DNA of 64,000 bases, taken from Botryllus schlosseri. Taxonomy: Eukaryota. Of the stretch, positions 42,801 through 51,799 are shown piece by piece. The stretch covers positions 6,450,001 through 6,514,000 of the forward strand of contig CM119372.1 in NCBI GenBank assembly GCA_051294905.1. The letters are read 5' to 3'. The first letter of the stretch is position 1. Each line of letters starts with the position of its first letter. A program made the translations under genes and the position numbers. Below the pieces are notes generated by a model that searched no databases, was not told the origin of the DNA, and saw nothing but the letters and a program-made list of their open reading frames with translations.

Positions 42801-45800
42801 ATTGAAATTTGCTATATTTCATGCTTTGCCCAATATATATAGAGCATTTAGATGAAGTTAACCAAAGGTGACACTCATAAATTTAACATCCCGAATCCTG
42901 TACTGGTCCGGATCAGGGTTCCGTTCTCCAGATTTCTCTTCGTTAGAATCTTAACATTTTGAACCCAAGAGCGACTCAATTAATGATCTACCACCCATTC
43001 CTCACGCATGACGCGTCCGAGATTAACTACTACCGTCTATGTTTCGAGACTGATTTAATACCACAGTTTGCGTAGCTGATACCCGTCTCAAAGTACGTAT
43101 CCCGCGTTTCTCGAGAACGCTTGATAGCGGTAGTTATGAATTCCGCGCCGCCCTACAATATCAACACGGGCCCGGGGTGTTGGCACGGTTTTCTTTCGCC
43201 GGTATTAGAAGCGTTGTTTTAATTTCGCGCAGAAGTCGGTCGAGAACGAGAGCGAGCCGACCACGGATAACCAAGACAGTCGCATCGAGGACGGTGACGA
43301 CAGGAGTAATTGTTACGTCGCGCTCTTGCGGTCGATGGATAACGGGGTAAGTTGGAGGTCGCTGTCTCCTAGAAAATCGCACGAAATTTAAAAAGTTCGC
43401 AATATCCCAGTAATCGAACTACGTCACCACGCGGTGACGTTAGGTAGGGCTCGAAGCGGCGTATTGGGTGGCGGTGCGCGCCCTCTACATTCGTTCCGTG
43501 TAGAAACTATCAAGCGCAGGAGCATTGTGTGCTTGTAGATTGTGCCAATACAATCTGACAAATCGCAAAATACAATCGAATACCCTCTTAACGAAAAGAC
43601 TGTGCATCCACACCCAAAAGGTGGTACACGCAAACGTAAAAGCGAAACAACTTACTTTAGTAATCCGATAAAGTAAAGGTAATTCGTTTCTGACCACCTC
43701 TACTGTACTGTATTACGATATATACAATTGAATATTATATTCATATTGAAATGAACACGAATATTCTCGACTGACACACGGCAGGGGTAATCGTCAGCAT
43801 CTAGTATAGAATTGGAAAGAACATTGCATATCAACAATCGTACACAAAATTATGTCGTCACTGGCATGAAATTCCGAAAAGTTAAAAGACTTGAAAAGTT
43901 TTATGCGATATGGTTCAATTTAGGGCTGAAATTACTTTCAACTGAACAGAGGAATATGCATTCGTTTTACAAACCAAAAAGCCTATGAGGTTTTTGTGAC
44001 GCCAGGATTAGGGTTGGGCACAATGATTCGAGTAATTTAATCTGAATCGAGTATTCCTTGTAGTGATTCGTGTCGAACAGCAAGAAAATATTTTTTCATG
44101 TACTGAAATCATACGCTCCTACACGCTAACAGTTGAAATATCAACTAAAATTATAGTTTCGATACTATTGCGCAGTGATGGTGTTGTTGTTTTTGGTATT
44201 CATGGTGTTTGCGGGTTGCTATGGTCATTTACATCGGGCCAATTTTCTTGATTTTTATTCCGTAGATGCCGGCTTGTAGCTTTGGTCCCTTCTAGGCTTT
44301 TGTAAGACACCGCTTACACGGATGAGATGGCGAGCAGTAGCCTAGATTAACCCCCAACACTTTGGTAAGAATTCGGGAGCCGACCTCGGTCGGACTCGAA
44401 CCCGCAAACCATCGGTGTTGCAGATGTGTATTATACCCCTCGCCACCTATATTGTCCGCTGTGAAACCTTGGAACCTCGATTGGACTTATTGCAACGCAC
44501 GTAGTCCAAAGATACGGAAGTTAGTGGAACTAAATTTTCCGTGGAGTAGTGATCAGCCCACAGCATTGTCACAATGTGCCGAGATTTCAGAAAGAAATAG
44601 AAAAATACCAAATTGTCTTAAATGTGATCTAAAACTGGCACTATTCTCTGTTGTGGTATACATACACTATTTGAACTTTCCATATCATTCATACTGTTGT
44701 AAGTGTTGTAACATTATAATATATGATACTATAGCCGGTATTTATTGATCCCCCTTCAACACATGAAATTTCAGTGGCGAGATAGCGTATAGTGGTATGA
44801 TCCACAGCTGCAACACCAATGGGTTGCGACCGAGATCGACTCCAGAATCCCTACCCAAGTGTTAGAGGCTTATCTAGGCTCCTCCTCGCCATATCATCCG
44901 CGTAAGCGGTGTCTTATAAAAAGCCTAGAAGTGGGCCGTGCTAAAAGCCGGCAGATACGAAATCAAAATAAAGACAATCGGCCTGGTGTAAATGACCAAC
45001 GACCATTGTAGTCGACAAGCGCCATGAGTAATACAAACAAACAAACAAACATGAAATTTCACACTGACGGGCGCAAATTTGATGGTGCAGAGCACGACGC
45101 CGAACTCTCGCTCCAATTCGGAAACGATGGACGTCGAGCATCCGATCATGATCACCGACCCGGAATTACGTCATAACGGAAAAAGCGACGCGCGCGTAAG
45201 CGATTTATCGTCGTGGTCGCGTCCTGTCTGCTTTGCTGACGGGAATGTTTTTTTCTTGCAGAATCACGGCAACAATAATGAAATATTGAAGAGGCCGCAC
45301 GGCGAAGAAGATTTCGAAGACGTGGAAAGGTTGGTTTTGCTGGCCACTAAGTATACTTGGTTCTTGCCCGTTCAAGTTGATCTTTTTTCTCGACGTGGCC
45401 GTGGCGCTATTCCACAATACATTCGTTTTGGATTTGCCGCTTTCAGAGGTATAGTCAAAGTAGTCAGCTTTGCGTTGGTTGGTGGTTCTCGTGTAGAAGT
45501 AGCAACGTGCATTTCTACTCGATTATAAGTAGAAATAACATACCAAAAATAGCTAAATCGAAGTCAAAAATGAAGGTAAGAAAAGCATTGAAGCAGTGGC
45601 TCTCAACCTTTTTGTCTTCGCGAACGCCCTTTGGACCGCCACGGACCATCGCGGAGCCCTCAAATTTCAGTTCAAATTTAGCTCTATTATCGCGCAACCG
45701 TCATCTGACTGTGCAAATATTAACTGTATAGGCTAGCGATAAACAGCAACAAAACCACCTTTCTTGAAAATAACATCATACCATTTATGTCGAAATTGGG

Positions 45801-47915
45801 AAGACTTTCATTATTTCAAAGCGAAGTCTGTGGATACATTTCGTGAAATACACTGCCGTGTGTCGATTTGACATGAACGAGTGCCGAAAATCCATTAATT
45901 ACGAATGTAACAATAACGCGTAACGCTTCCGAGGACACCTTTGGGTCTGATCGCAACATATATGGCACCAATATAAAGTCCATCCGGGGCCTACGATATC
46001 CTGAGTTTTAGCAGTTATGAAGCGAAACTGCTTCGTGATTTCTCTAATTTTTAAAAATATATACAAATGAGGTGATCACATAATTTGTAATTTGGAGGTT
46101 TCGCGGACCACCCGAAATTGCTTCGCGGACTCCCGGTTGCGAGCCACTGCATGAGAGTAACTACTTTCAAAAAGTAGATTTGATCGATGGGTCACGCACT
46201 TTTAGCAGTTAATGTACTCAGTTGTCGTGACTGTGATGCTGGGGCGATTTTGCCCCGTTGCTGCGGCAATACCACTCATAAAAGGGGTACAAATATGCAC
46301 GCAAACAACTTTCTACTTCACAAAGGGTAAACTGAAAAAAGTAATCAGTTTGCCTACAGTTGAGTTCTTTTGAATTCCCTACTAGTTGCGGACGAGTGTC
46401 GGTCGAAAATATTTGAGTTTATTTCACTTTGAGTATTGAGTATACTCTTCAATTGTATATTGAAGAATCTATCACTGCAAGTGGTACTGCTCTGATTTTC
46501 CTCTCTGTTTTGCAGTGCGGATGTTTACTGCGTAGCAAGTTCGGATTCGGCGCACGGCAGGACGCTGACGGAAACCACCTCCCTCGGTTCGGACGAACCT
46601 TGCTGCTCCGTGTCGACGGGAAATATCAGCGGTACGTTCATGTCATTGGCCGCGTTACATCGGGTTTCGGCTCGACACTGCGAGTAATCTGCAAATCTCT
46701 GTGCGATGTCCTTCATTCGAAATTCGGATGATTAAATGCGACTGGTGTTTCGGTGGGGGTTCACCGGTTAATCGTCGCCAATATATCCATGTGGTTTCCT
46801 AGGGGGCCCTGTATGATGCAGAATTCTCTTTTTTTGTAGAAACGCGTTGTAGAAGTGAATGCAGAATGATTTTTCACTTGTCAGTATTTAATAGGCAATA
46901 TTTAGTATTTCAGCATCGTAAAACTGTTTAAATCCTACTTGAGTTAGTTACGCAGGCTAAGTTAAATAAGAAGATAAACCTACTTGAGTAAGAGAAACAA
47001 GTAGATAATACATACCCAAGTACTATGAAAAGCAGAAGTACTTCTAGATTTTAGGGGGCGATAAAGATATGTCGAGCTTTATAAGGGGGAGATGAGTCAA
47101 CAATGTTTGGGAATCGCTGCTATAAATGATGAACTGAGGCAGTAATGAAACTGATTACCGCAATGTGACGGTCCGTCGGGTGTAAATAAAGGCCATGCGG
47201 ATAGCCGGGCTCCGTAGACCTAAGATCCCATATCAGTCAACTAAGTAGGCCCTCCGAACCGAATGTAGGTCGTAATTTATACTTTCATTGGTCGATATGT
47301 CCGATGTCACATTCGATAGCCGTTCATACGCCTAGGATATATGTTTCTATCCATACCGATTAGACTGCTGTGTTAGTCGGCGAGAAGAATAAAGAAACCT
47401 ATTCCTTGATTCTGACCAGGCATGTCGGCCGGTGACGAAGAGGCCGGCGACACCTACATCTCCGCAAACGAGGCCGCAAACATGAGTTGGCTGCTGGGAT
47501 TTGATAGCGGCCGCGAGCGCGTAGCCGATAGACTCCTCAGCACGGGGCCGTAAGAGTTCTCATCCTGAATGGAGAGCCAATTCTGGCTTGATTGAAAGGT
47601 GCGGCGCTACAACGCATTAGGAAAGGCGACTTTCAAGCTCGGGGACTTTGTAAATGGGACGTATGCTCGACATGATACGTGGACTTGGGCGTGACGAGCG
47701 CCGGTTTGAACCATTGTTGCAATTGCCATAGCAAAAGTCGACGGACTCTAACCGGATATTTTATTTGATACTTCCCATGCGTGTTACAGCACTTCGATCA
47801 GGATATTGCGTTTCGGTCAGAAAACAGTATTTCATATCACACCCAGTCATATCGCATCGTGTCGGCAGTATCTGCGGGCGTAAACATTGTGCCTGAATTG
47901 CACTCTTTCATATAA
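4263..47915 (+). CDS. Multi-exon class I cytokine receptor (gp130/LIFR/LEPR family): SP-CHR1-Ig-CHR2-FN3x3-TM-cytoplasmic tail, ~1244 aa
   Basis: Hand-assembled exons with AG/GT boundaries and matching phases: 4263-4344, 6398-6515, 10131-10300, 10366-10502, 10786-10836, 11249-11350, 13598-13715, 13773-13861, 14780-14815, 14930-15026, 16036-16177, 16532-16707, 16771-16916, 19091-19156, 19858-19998, 21481-21649, 21725-21798, 22498-22568, 23938-24080, 25366-25499, 25559-25629, 33355-33480, 34830-34981, 37612-37797, 41587-41809, 41869-41998, 45091-45195, 45262-45329, 46516-46631, 47420-47549, 47621-47660, 47790-47915. The total of 3735 nt is one open frame. Family motifs: C-x9-C-x-W, WSxWS-like, FN3 L-x-P-x-T-x-Y, TM, Box1-like IPEP. 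The small exons and the last three exons are less certain. Confidence 0.85.
6398..13715 (+). CDS. Receptor cytokine-homology region 1 (6 exons)
   Basis: EVEVECVTWNFEKILCRW (C-x9-C-x-W); SSCVLPYP...VSSSNEL...FIPA; LVLSPPVI...; final exon IYLDTFPVNREYLLQVRWRADTSLCKSDWSPF (degenerate WSxWS). The 1-2-1-0 phase pattern is typical of CHR modules. Confidence 0.85.
6810..7003. mobile_element. hAT-type MITE
   Basis: TIR CAATGTTCCC / GGGAACATTG, perfect TSD GATGGCAC. Confidence 0.9.
7234..8216. mobile_element. Non-autonomous hAT (Charlie/Buster-like) with possible transposase remnant
   Basis: TIR CAGTGGTTCTC / GAGAACCACTG, TSD GGCTAATC/AGCTAATC. The - strand reads FP...RNPF, resembling Charlie-type transposases. 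A shorter copy lies at 45594-46149. Confidence 0.85.
8647..8992. mobile_element. hAT-type MITE with GAGGAC subterminal repeats
   Basis: TIR TAGGTTTACCATA / TATGGTAACCCTA, homologous to 50757-51207. Confidence 0.8.
9777..9831 (+). repeat. Interrupted (GT)n microsatellite
   Basis: GT dinucleotide runs seen directly. Confidence 0.9.
11418..11721. mobile_element. hAT-type MITE related to the 60604 family
   Basis: TIR TAGGGCT / AGCCCTA, TSD ATACATAT/ATACACAT, shared motifs TTTGGTTCAATTCC and GAAGCGGAGTTATT. Confidence 0.8.
13773..15026 (+). CDS. Receptor Ig-like domain (about 3 exons)
   Basis: NIILSPINIQMNRDSNVTLTC / FEWRILPGDGNS / YNLVHMKEMDYNVECLSTVSGRDFDGIMVHVG gives the Ig C...W...C pattern, ending V-x-V-G just before CHR2 as in gp130/LIFR. 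Confidence 0.75.
15300..15546 (+). mobile_element. tRNA-derived SINE, full length
   Basis: A-box-like TAGCGCAGTGG, B box GGTTCGAGTCC, GCA at the anticodon position (possibly tRNA-Cys origin), (ACAA)n tail, TSD AACCTGTAGAAG (15286-15297, 15547-15558). Confidence 0.9.
16036..21649 (+). CDS. Receptor cytokine-homology region 2 (6 exons)
   Basis: TPKFYEVDCLMHNMERIYCRY; VEISVSTSNVFGVSTSNLTFNPLHKIHPSAP (like the gp130 D2-D3 junction VEAENALG...FDPVYKVKPNPP); LAANTRYLVEVIWKTKSFMCNGSWSVPS (WSxWS-like). Confidence 0.85.
17258..17517 (+). mobile_element. Possible LTR fragment preceding a tRNA-Leu PBS
   Basis: TATATAA at 17406 and AATAAA at 17448, followed by TGGTGGCAGCG, a tRNA-Leu PBS-type sequence. 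Boundaries are uncertain and no second LTR or TSD was found. Confidence 0.45.
17518..17573 (-). pseudogene. Retro-copied fragment of mature tRNA-Leu (about position 29 to the 3' CCA)
   Basis: The reverse complement reads GGT TT GAG TC ACCAG TCATTTCGATGGC GTGGG TACGAAT CCCAT CGCTGCC A CCA: Leu-type long variable arm, T arm, acceptor 3' strand and an encoded CCA. The 5' part (acceptor 5' strand, D arm) is missing. Confidence 0.85.
20870..22445. repeat. Dispersed AATTAG-rich repeat family, copies in both orientations
   Basis: Shared core AAGCTTGGCTCG...TTCTCCTGTAG...AAATTAGATT at ~20870-21075 (+), ~21855-22090 (-), ~22100-22445 (+), ~29235-29470 (+), ~30195-30450 (-), ~31500-31880 and ~41265-41535 (+). 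Class unresolved. Confidence 0.65.
21725..41809 (+). CDS. Receptor membrane-proximal fibronectin type III domains (three)
   Basis: SLLVWNN...GTVKAIGSNEV; FKVEW...HFFTW...GLDTGYGIGVAL; STGAPMQLTASDVGTTQLTISWRP...LRYEIF...ELSPGTSYYITVWEVTKAGRS (clear FN3 signature). Confidence 0.8.
23073..23830. mobile_element. Non-autonomous hAT element
   Basis: TIR CAGGAATGGCCAACCT / AGGTTGGCCACCCCTG, TSD GTCTAATC/GCCTAATC. Confidence 0.85.
26182..28230. mobile_element. 2.05-kb non-autonomous hAT element with (GTAATC)n subterminal arrays
   Basis: TIR CAGACATGGGGT / ACCCCATGTCTG, perfect TSD ATCACGAT (26174-26181, 28231-28238), GTAATC repeats at both ends. Confidence 0.92.
30663..30943 (-). mobile_element. 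tRNA-derived SINE, same family, antisense
   Basis: GGACTCGAACCC and a TTGTTG tail on the + strand. Partial copies also lie at ~20252-20405 (-), ~28629-28678 (+) and ~50341-50465 (+). Confidence 0.85.
32355..32893. repeat. Old palindromic (foldback) MITE remnant related to the 60604 family
   Basis: Diverged inverted arms (for example AAACGCTGCAC...GCCGCCGCAAAGCCAATT versus AATTGGCTTTGTGGCGGC...GTGCAGCGTTT). Termini not resolved. Confidence 0.7.
34020..34548. mobile_element. hAT-type MITE
   Basis: TIR TAGGGTTGC / GCAACCCTA, TSD GGTATATC/GGCATATC, TTTAAAAC subterminal repeats. Confidence 0.87.
35076..35596. mobile_element. hAT-type MITE with ACTCGA subterminal repeats
   Basis: TIR TAGGGCTGGGCA / TGCCCAGCCCTA, imperfect TSD ACGGTAG. 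Related fragments at ~28352-28630 and ~44008-44690. Confidence 0.82.
35671..36178. mobile_element. hAT-type MITE with AAAAGTTGCA repeats
   Basis: TIR CAGGGCAA / TTGCCCTA, TSD GTGATTAC/GTGATGGC. Confidence 0.75.
36480..37076. mobile_element. Non-autonomous hAT element
   Basis: TIR CAGGGGTC / GACCCCTG, perfect TSD GCTTACAC. Confidence 0.87.
37972..38070 (+). repeat. Short dispersed repeat (CAATATACA...GAATATT...CTGACACTCGTCAGGGGTAA)
   Basis: Similar copies at ~29605-29700 (+), ~43720-43830 (+), ~25795-25880 (-) and ~46375-46460 (-). Confidence 0.6.
38209..39079 (-). mobile_element. hAT deletion derivative retaining a C-terminal dimerisation-domain remnant
   Basis: TIR TAGGGCGA / TCACCCTA, perfect TSD CTTATAAG. 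The - strand reads CCQPTTAVVECSFSIPGKLLT, like the hAT P-x-T/S-x-x-x-ERSFS motif. TTTTGAC subterminal repeats. Confidence 0.92.
39217..40218. mobile_element. 1-kb non-autonomous hAT element
   Basis: TIR TAGGGATGGTGTGA / TCACACCATCCCTA, perfect TSD CAAATCAT, collinear with 48937-49963. Confidence 0.93.
41869..41998 (+). CDS. Receptor transmembrane and Box1-like exon
   Basis: WVAYVVLGFLVTFAAVLLLL followed by a basic stop-transfer KFRRKVKK and FQIDIPEP, at the position of Box1 (IWPNVPDP in gp130). Confidence 0.88.
44180..44446 (-). mobile_element. tRNA-derived SINE, same family, antisense
   Basis: Reverse complement of the family consensus, with GGACTCGAACCC on the + strand. It interrupts a remnant of the 35076-type hAT family starting near 44008. 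Confidence 0.85.
44774..45048 (+). mobile_element. tRNA-derived SINE, same family
   Basis: Same head and body, (ACAA)n tail, 13-bp TSD ACATGAAATTTCA (44761-44773, 45049-45061). Confidence 0.9.
45091..47915 (+). CDS. Receptor cytoplasmic exons, putative terminal YHTQ (YxxQ) motif
   Basis: Phase-compatible Ser/acidic-rich exons 45091-45195, 45262-45329, 46516-46631 and 47420-47549. The frame then either stops at TAA 47551-47553 or splices via 47621-47660 to 47790-47915 (HFDQDIAFRSENSISYHTQSYRIV...FI*). Confidence 0.6.
45594..46149. mobile_element. Shorter copy of the 7234 hAT family
   Basis: TIR CAGTGGCTC / GAGCCACTG, internal sequence collinear with 7234-7640 and 8165-8216, degenerate TSD. 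Confidence 0.85.
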
Positions 47916-48936
47916 ACAACACTTTTGAAGTTTCATGTAATGGCGCTGTCTAACCGTACAGCGAACACGCGTTTTGCGTGAATACGTCGCAATGAAACCG
48001 CGACTGTACCACTCTGTTGAGAAGATTGTTTCAGATTAAAGTGTATTATTGATTCAGATCAGTGCTTCCAAACGCCGCCCACTTGAGGCAAGTTTTATAT
48101 TGCGATCCACAATGAGATATGACCAAACAAATGAGAAACAAATTGATGAGAAAAGCAACAACGTACACACATGCAATTTACTAATAAGGCGAAAGCTGAG
48201 CTGGGATATTAAAACATACCACATCAGGTTAAGGCTTGATTTTCCTACTAGGAAAATGTATCTTGTAATATCTACCCATAACATAGATTCTATATTGAAT
48301 AGAAAACTGTAACGTCGAGAAATGCTTCGTACCCTCCGCGCACTGGTTGGTAAGCACTGATTTAGATTACTCTGTATCTCGGTCGAAATACGGTCTGAAA
48401 AAGTTGAAGTATCATGAAAGTAGGCCTACTTGGCCTACATTGGTCAGGCCACGCTCTGGCGAACGATCTGTTGATGGTTCACGACGGGTCTACATGGGCA
48501 TGTAAAATGAAATTTGATGCTGTTTTGCCGATTCCATTGCAAGCTTGTTCTCAGGAATTGAACGTAATGCGTTCTGACCCATTCTTGCCCCTGTCTTCAA
48601 CGTTTCCATTACCAATTGCATGCTTCACTATCACATTAATCCTTATTAAACGCAGTACCAAGTACTTTTCGAATACAATTACTGACTTTTGCAAGCGTTC
48701 TGGTTTCATATGGCGAGTCGTGTTCCTTGGCAGCATAGGTTAAGGATTGTGGGTATGGGAGTACTCATAAAGACGGCTCAATATAGACAGGTGATAAGGG
48801 TGGCGGATTTCCCGCTTCCAGGTATGCATTCAGATCATTCAAACAAACAACTAGTTCGATCTCTCCTGCCCGGGTCGTCGAACGGTAACGATCTGCTTCG
48901 TTGGCATTGTCGGACATTTCAAAGACACCTTTCCGG

Positions 48937-49963
48937 TAGGGATGGTGTGAACGTGAGGTTCACGTTCGCGTTCTGTGTGTGAACCTCGGAAATTTTGAGG
49001 TTCGCGTTCACAACAGAACCTTGGTAGGTTCTGCACTGTGAACCTTTTTTATATATTGCAATTTTCGCTTCATTATAACATCTTTGGTTCAAATTTATTG
49101 CATTTAAACTGCGGGCCACTATATGCATGGCGCTGGCAGCATAAACAATCAACACTAAACAAGCATATGCACCTTGACAATCTCAGAAATTTTACTTGCA
49201 TTGTTACAAACGTTTGCTCGAAATATCCAGCTTTCCGTCTGTGAATATTTAGTGTCTCTTTGCTGTGAGCTTGACCCGCAATCACATAACATCAAGAGCG
49301 AAATACACGGCATGTAGTCAGCGAATGATGCTCATTAAATCAATAAATGAGATTGGTATCGTTTTCTGATGTACAAATCTAGCAGACGTACGGGGTCAAT
49401 ATTGATTTCATATGTAAACTGTATCATAAAAACCAAATCCCAAATCCGTGCGATTGGGGTGTTGCCTACTGTTGTATAACTTGATAGTGTGGTAATATCG
49501 GTAGGAAGTATAGAAACCCGTTTTACACTCTGCTCAATATCAATGTAGCAATACTCAGACGCCGAAGACATTGTTCGGTCTGGCCGGGACCGTTAAGGCG
49601 TAAGCTTATATTCCCTGGCAAGTCCTCGTCGAAATTGTTGGCAAAGCGACGGAATATCTTCATTTTATGGAATTATTATATCATTTGATTGCCTCATTTG
49701 ATACATTTGGCGACGTTTAAAACGTCAATATGTACTTCAGCACTGTGCCATTATGTGGCCCGAGTCGTCGCTGGGTATCATGTACAGTACATATATTGTA
49801 CAATACATTAATTTAGGCAATTACATATTTGAAATAAAGGGTTGAAATTAGCAATATGACGTCACGTGACGTCATGAGGTTCACGTTCGCGTTCACACAG
49901 AACCTTTCGAAAAGGTTCGCGTTCACACGAACCTGAACCTTTCAGAGGTTCACACCATCCCTA
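48937..49963. mobile_element. 1-kb non-autonomous hAT element, second copy
   Basis: TIR TAGGGATGGTGTGAAC / GTTCACACCATCCCTA, perfect TSD CTTTCCGG. Confidence 0.93.
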
Positions 49964-50039
49964 CTTTCCGGCCGTAACTGATATCACAAGATGACTTACT
50001 GTGTGGTTTGTGTTGAATCGAATATGTCAACGTATCATA

Positions 50040-50228
50040 AAGATGCATGAGTACGACACCTGCGCGTACTCGTCGTCCAACTATCATATGGTGGCCAAAA
50101 ATGATCATCGCTCTATCAAATATGCCCTACCTGAAGTGTGGAACAGTATCTTGCTGGCTATCCGACAGTGGTCGAGCATGTCCACATTCAAGTCGAAATA
50201 CAAGCAATTTCTGCTGAATAACTACTAG
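50040..50228 (+). mobile_element. 3' remnant of a non-LTR retrotransposon ORF2 (CR1/L2/Crack-like)
   Basis: HEYDT...RSIKYALPEVWNSI...IRQWSSMSTFKSKYKQFLLNNY* matches the typical C-terminal H-x-Y-x-TR...WN-x-LP...S-x-x-x-FK pattern. Confidence 0.7.
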
Positions 50229-50756
50229 TCAGCCCTCACCATTTACCGGACCACGGCCTGATATATCGATCTCGCCTTCCGTCACTTGCCAACTTATTTT
50301 ATCGCTTTCCATTTTATATTATCTTCTTTTACTTTCATTCAGTGGCCATATAGCGTAGTGGAATAATCCACAGCTGCATCACCGATGGGTGGCGGGTTCG
50401 AGTCCGACCGAGGTCGACTCCAGAATTCCTACCCAAGTGTTGGAGGTTTATCTGGGCTCTTCCTATGCCTAGTTGTTTCAGCATCTTCCTATCATTCATT
50501 GTATCTTGTGATGTTTTGAAGTGATGAAATTTTATGAACAAACTTGAACTTGGACGCAGCCAAGCGGCGATATAGTACCATGGACGAAAATAGAAACGCG
50601 CTTTGCGTACACCAGTTTAGTGAAACTTCGTAAATCCCAGTACAAGGTCAAGAGTTCAAATGACCTGCAGCGTCCACACTTTGCTTAACATGTATTCTCA
50701 CTTCGTCATATATGCTACGTGTGACACACCAACGCGTAATAGTAGCATATATATTT

Positions 50757-51207
50757 TAGGCTTACCATATTTTGGAAATCTAAAAAGAGGACACTTTTTC
50801 AGAAATTTCAGACTTGCAAAACCGGAGAAGAATTCTCAAAAACCGGTGAATTTTCCCCACTTTGTGATCGGTTGACAAGAAAAAAAAGTCATCTTTTCCG
50901 CCCAGAGCTCAAAATACCGTTTTTCTCTCCGCGTTGCCAGGTGGATGACTAAAAAAAAAAAAGAAAAAAGGTCATCATTTCGCTCAGAGCTAAATTCACC
51001 GTTTTTCTCTCCGGAATACCCGCCGGAGCTTCACTTCTGTGCTAATTTGCGGCATATCACTCGCAATTTGCTCTGAATCTGACCTAAATTTTCAAAAAAG
51101 AGGACAAAATCTCAAATAAGAGGACAAAAGGGCGTCCTCCGAGGACACTTTCAAAAAAGTCAAAAAAGAGGACAAATCCTCTTAAAAGAAGACATATGGT
51201 AAGCCTA
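50757..51207. mobile_element. hAT-type MITE with GAGGAC subterminal repeats
   Basis: TIR TAGGCTTACCATAT / ATATGGTAAGCCTA, perfect TSD ATATATTT. Confidence 0.9.
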
Positions 51208-51676
51208 ATATATTTTGACGCATAGAAGCACTACGTCGCCGAGTCGTTTCTCGGTATGCACAATACCAATCAACTGAATCAACCAACAAATATTGACAAA
51301 ATCCATCGCTATTAAATCGTATAACTTACATGGGCGCATCCAAGTTTTAATATGGTGTTAAGATCACGCCATTCATTTTCACAACTTCGAATACAGCAGG
51401 TCCATCTCGACTTGTGCTCCCGGCTTTACTGAACAATCACAATCATCACGAATAAAGTAGAACATGGACTGTTGTAAATGTGAATGATTGATGATTAATT
51501 GATTGTGCTAGACAGCAACCTTTAGTGTTGCCCCTTTTTTTTACTGTGCACGTGCTATTATGTAGTCTGGCTTATTCCTTGTATTCTGCTGCTGTGTGAG
51601 GAACTCGCGTTCCTGCCTTGACAATAAACCAGCTCACACTTGGTAGTTGTGGCGTGTCTGCTGTTAGAATTCAACA

Positions 51677-51690
51677 GGTTATGGGCCCAG
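51677..51690 (+). other. Copia-type primer binding site complementary to the anticodon arm of initiator tRNA-Met
   Basis: GGTTATGGGCCCAG immediately follows the 5' LTR. This is the half-tRNAi-Met priming site known from Drosophila copia. Confidence 0.9.
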
Positions 51691-51799
51691 CACGCTTCCG
51701 CTGCGGCAAGTAACGAGTTTGGGGATTCCGAAGAAGAGATATTGCGAATATTGGATCGTACGGAGAGCTTACAGTTTCTACAATTTGCGTTGGAGCCTA

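Noticed and set aside
42950..43700. CpG-rich intronic stretch with short ORFs
   Set aside because: No TIR, TSD, LTR pair or recognisable protein motif could be established by eye.
47165..47458. Possible solo LTR (TGTGACGG...AATAAA...CCTACA)
   Set aside because: No TSD or PBS, and the 3' part is better explained as the receptor exon starting at 47420.
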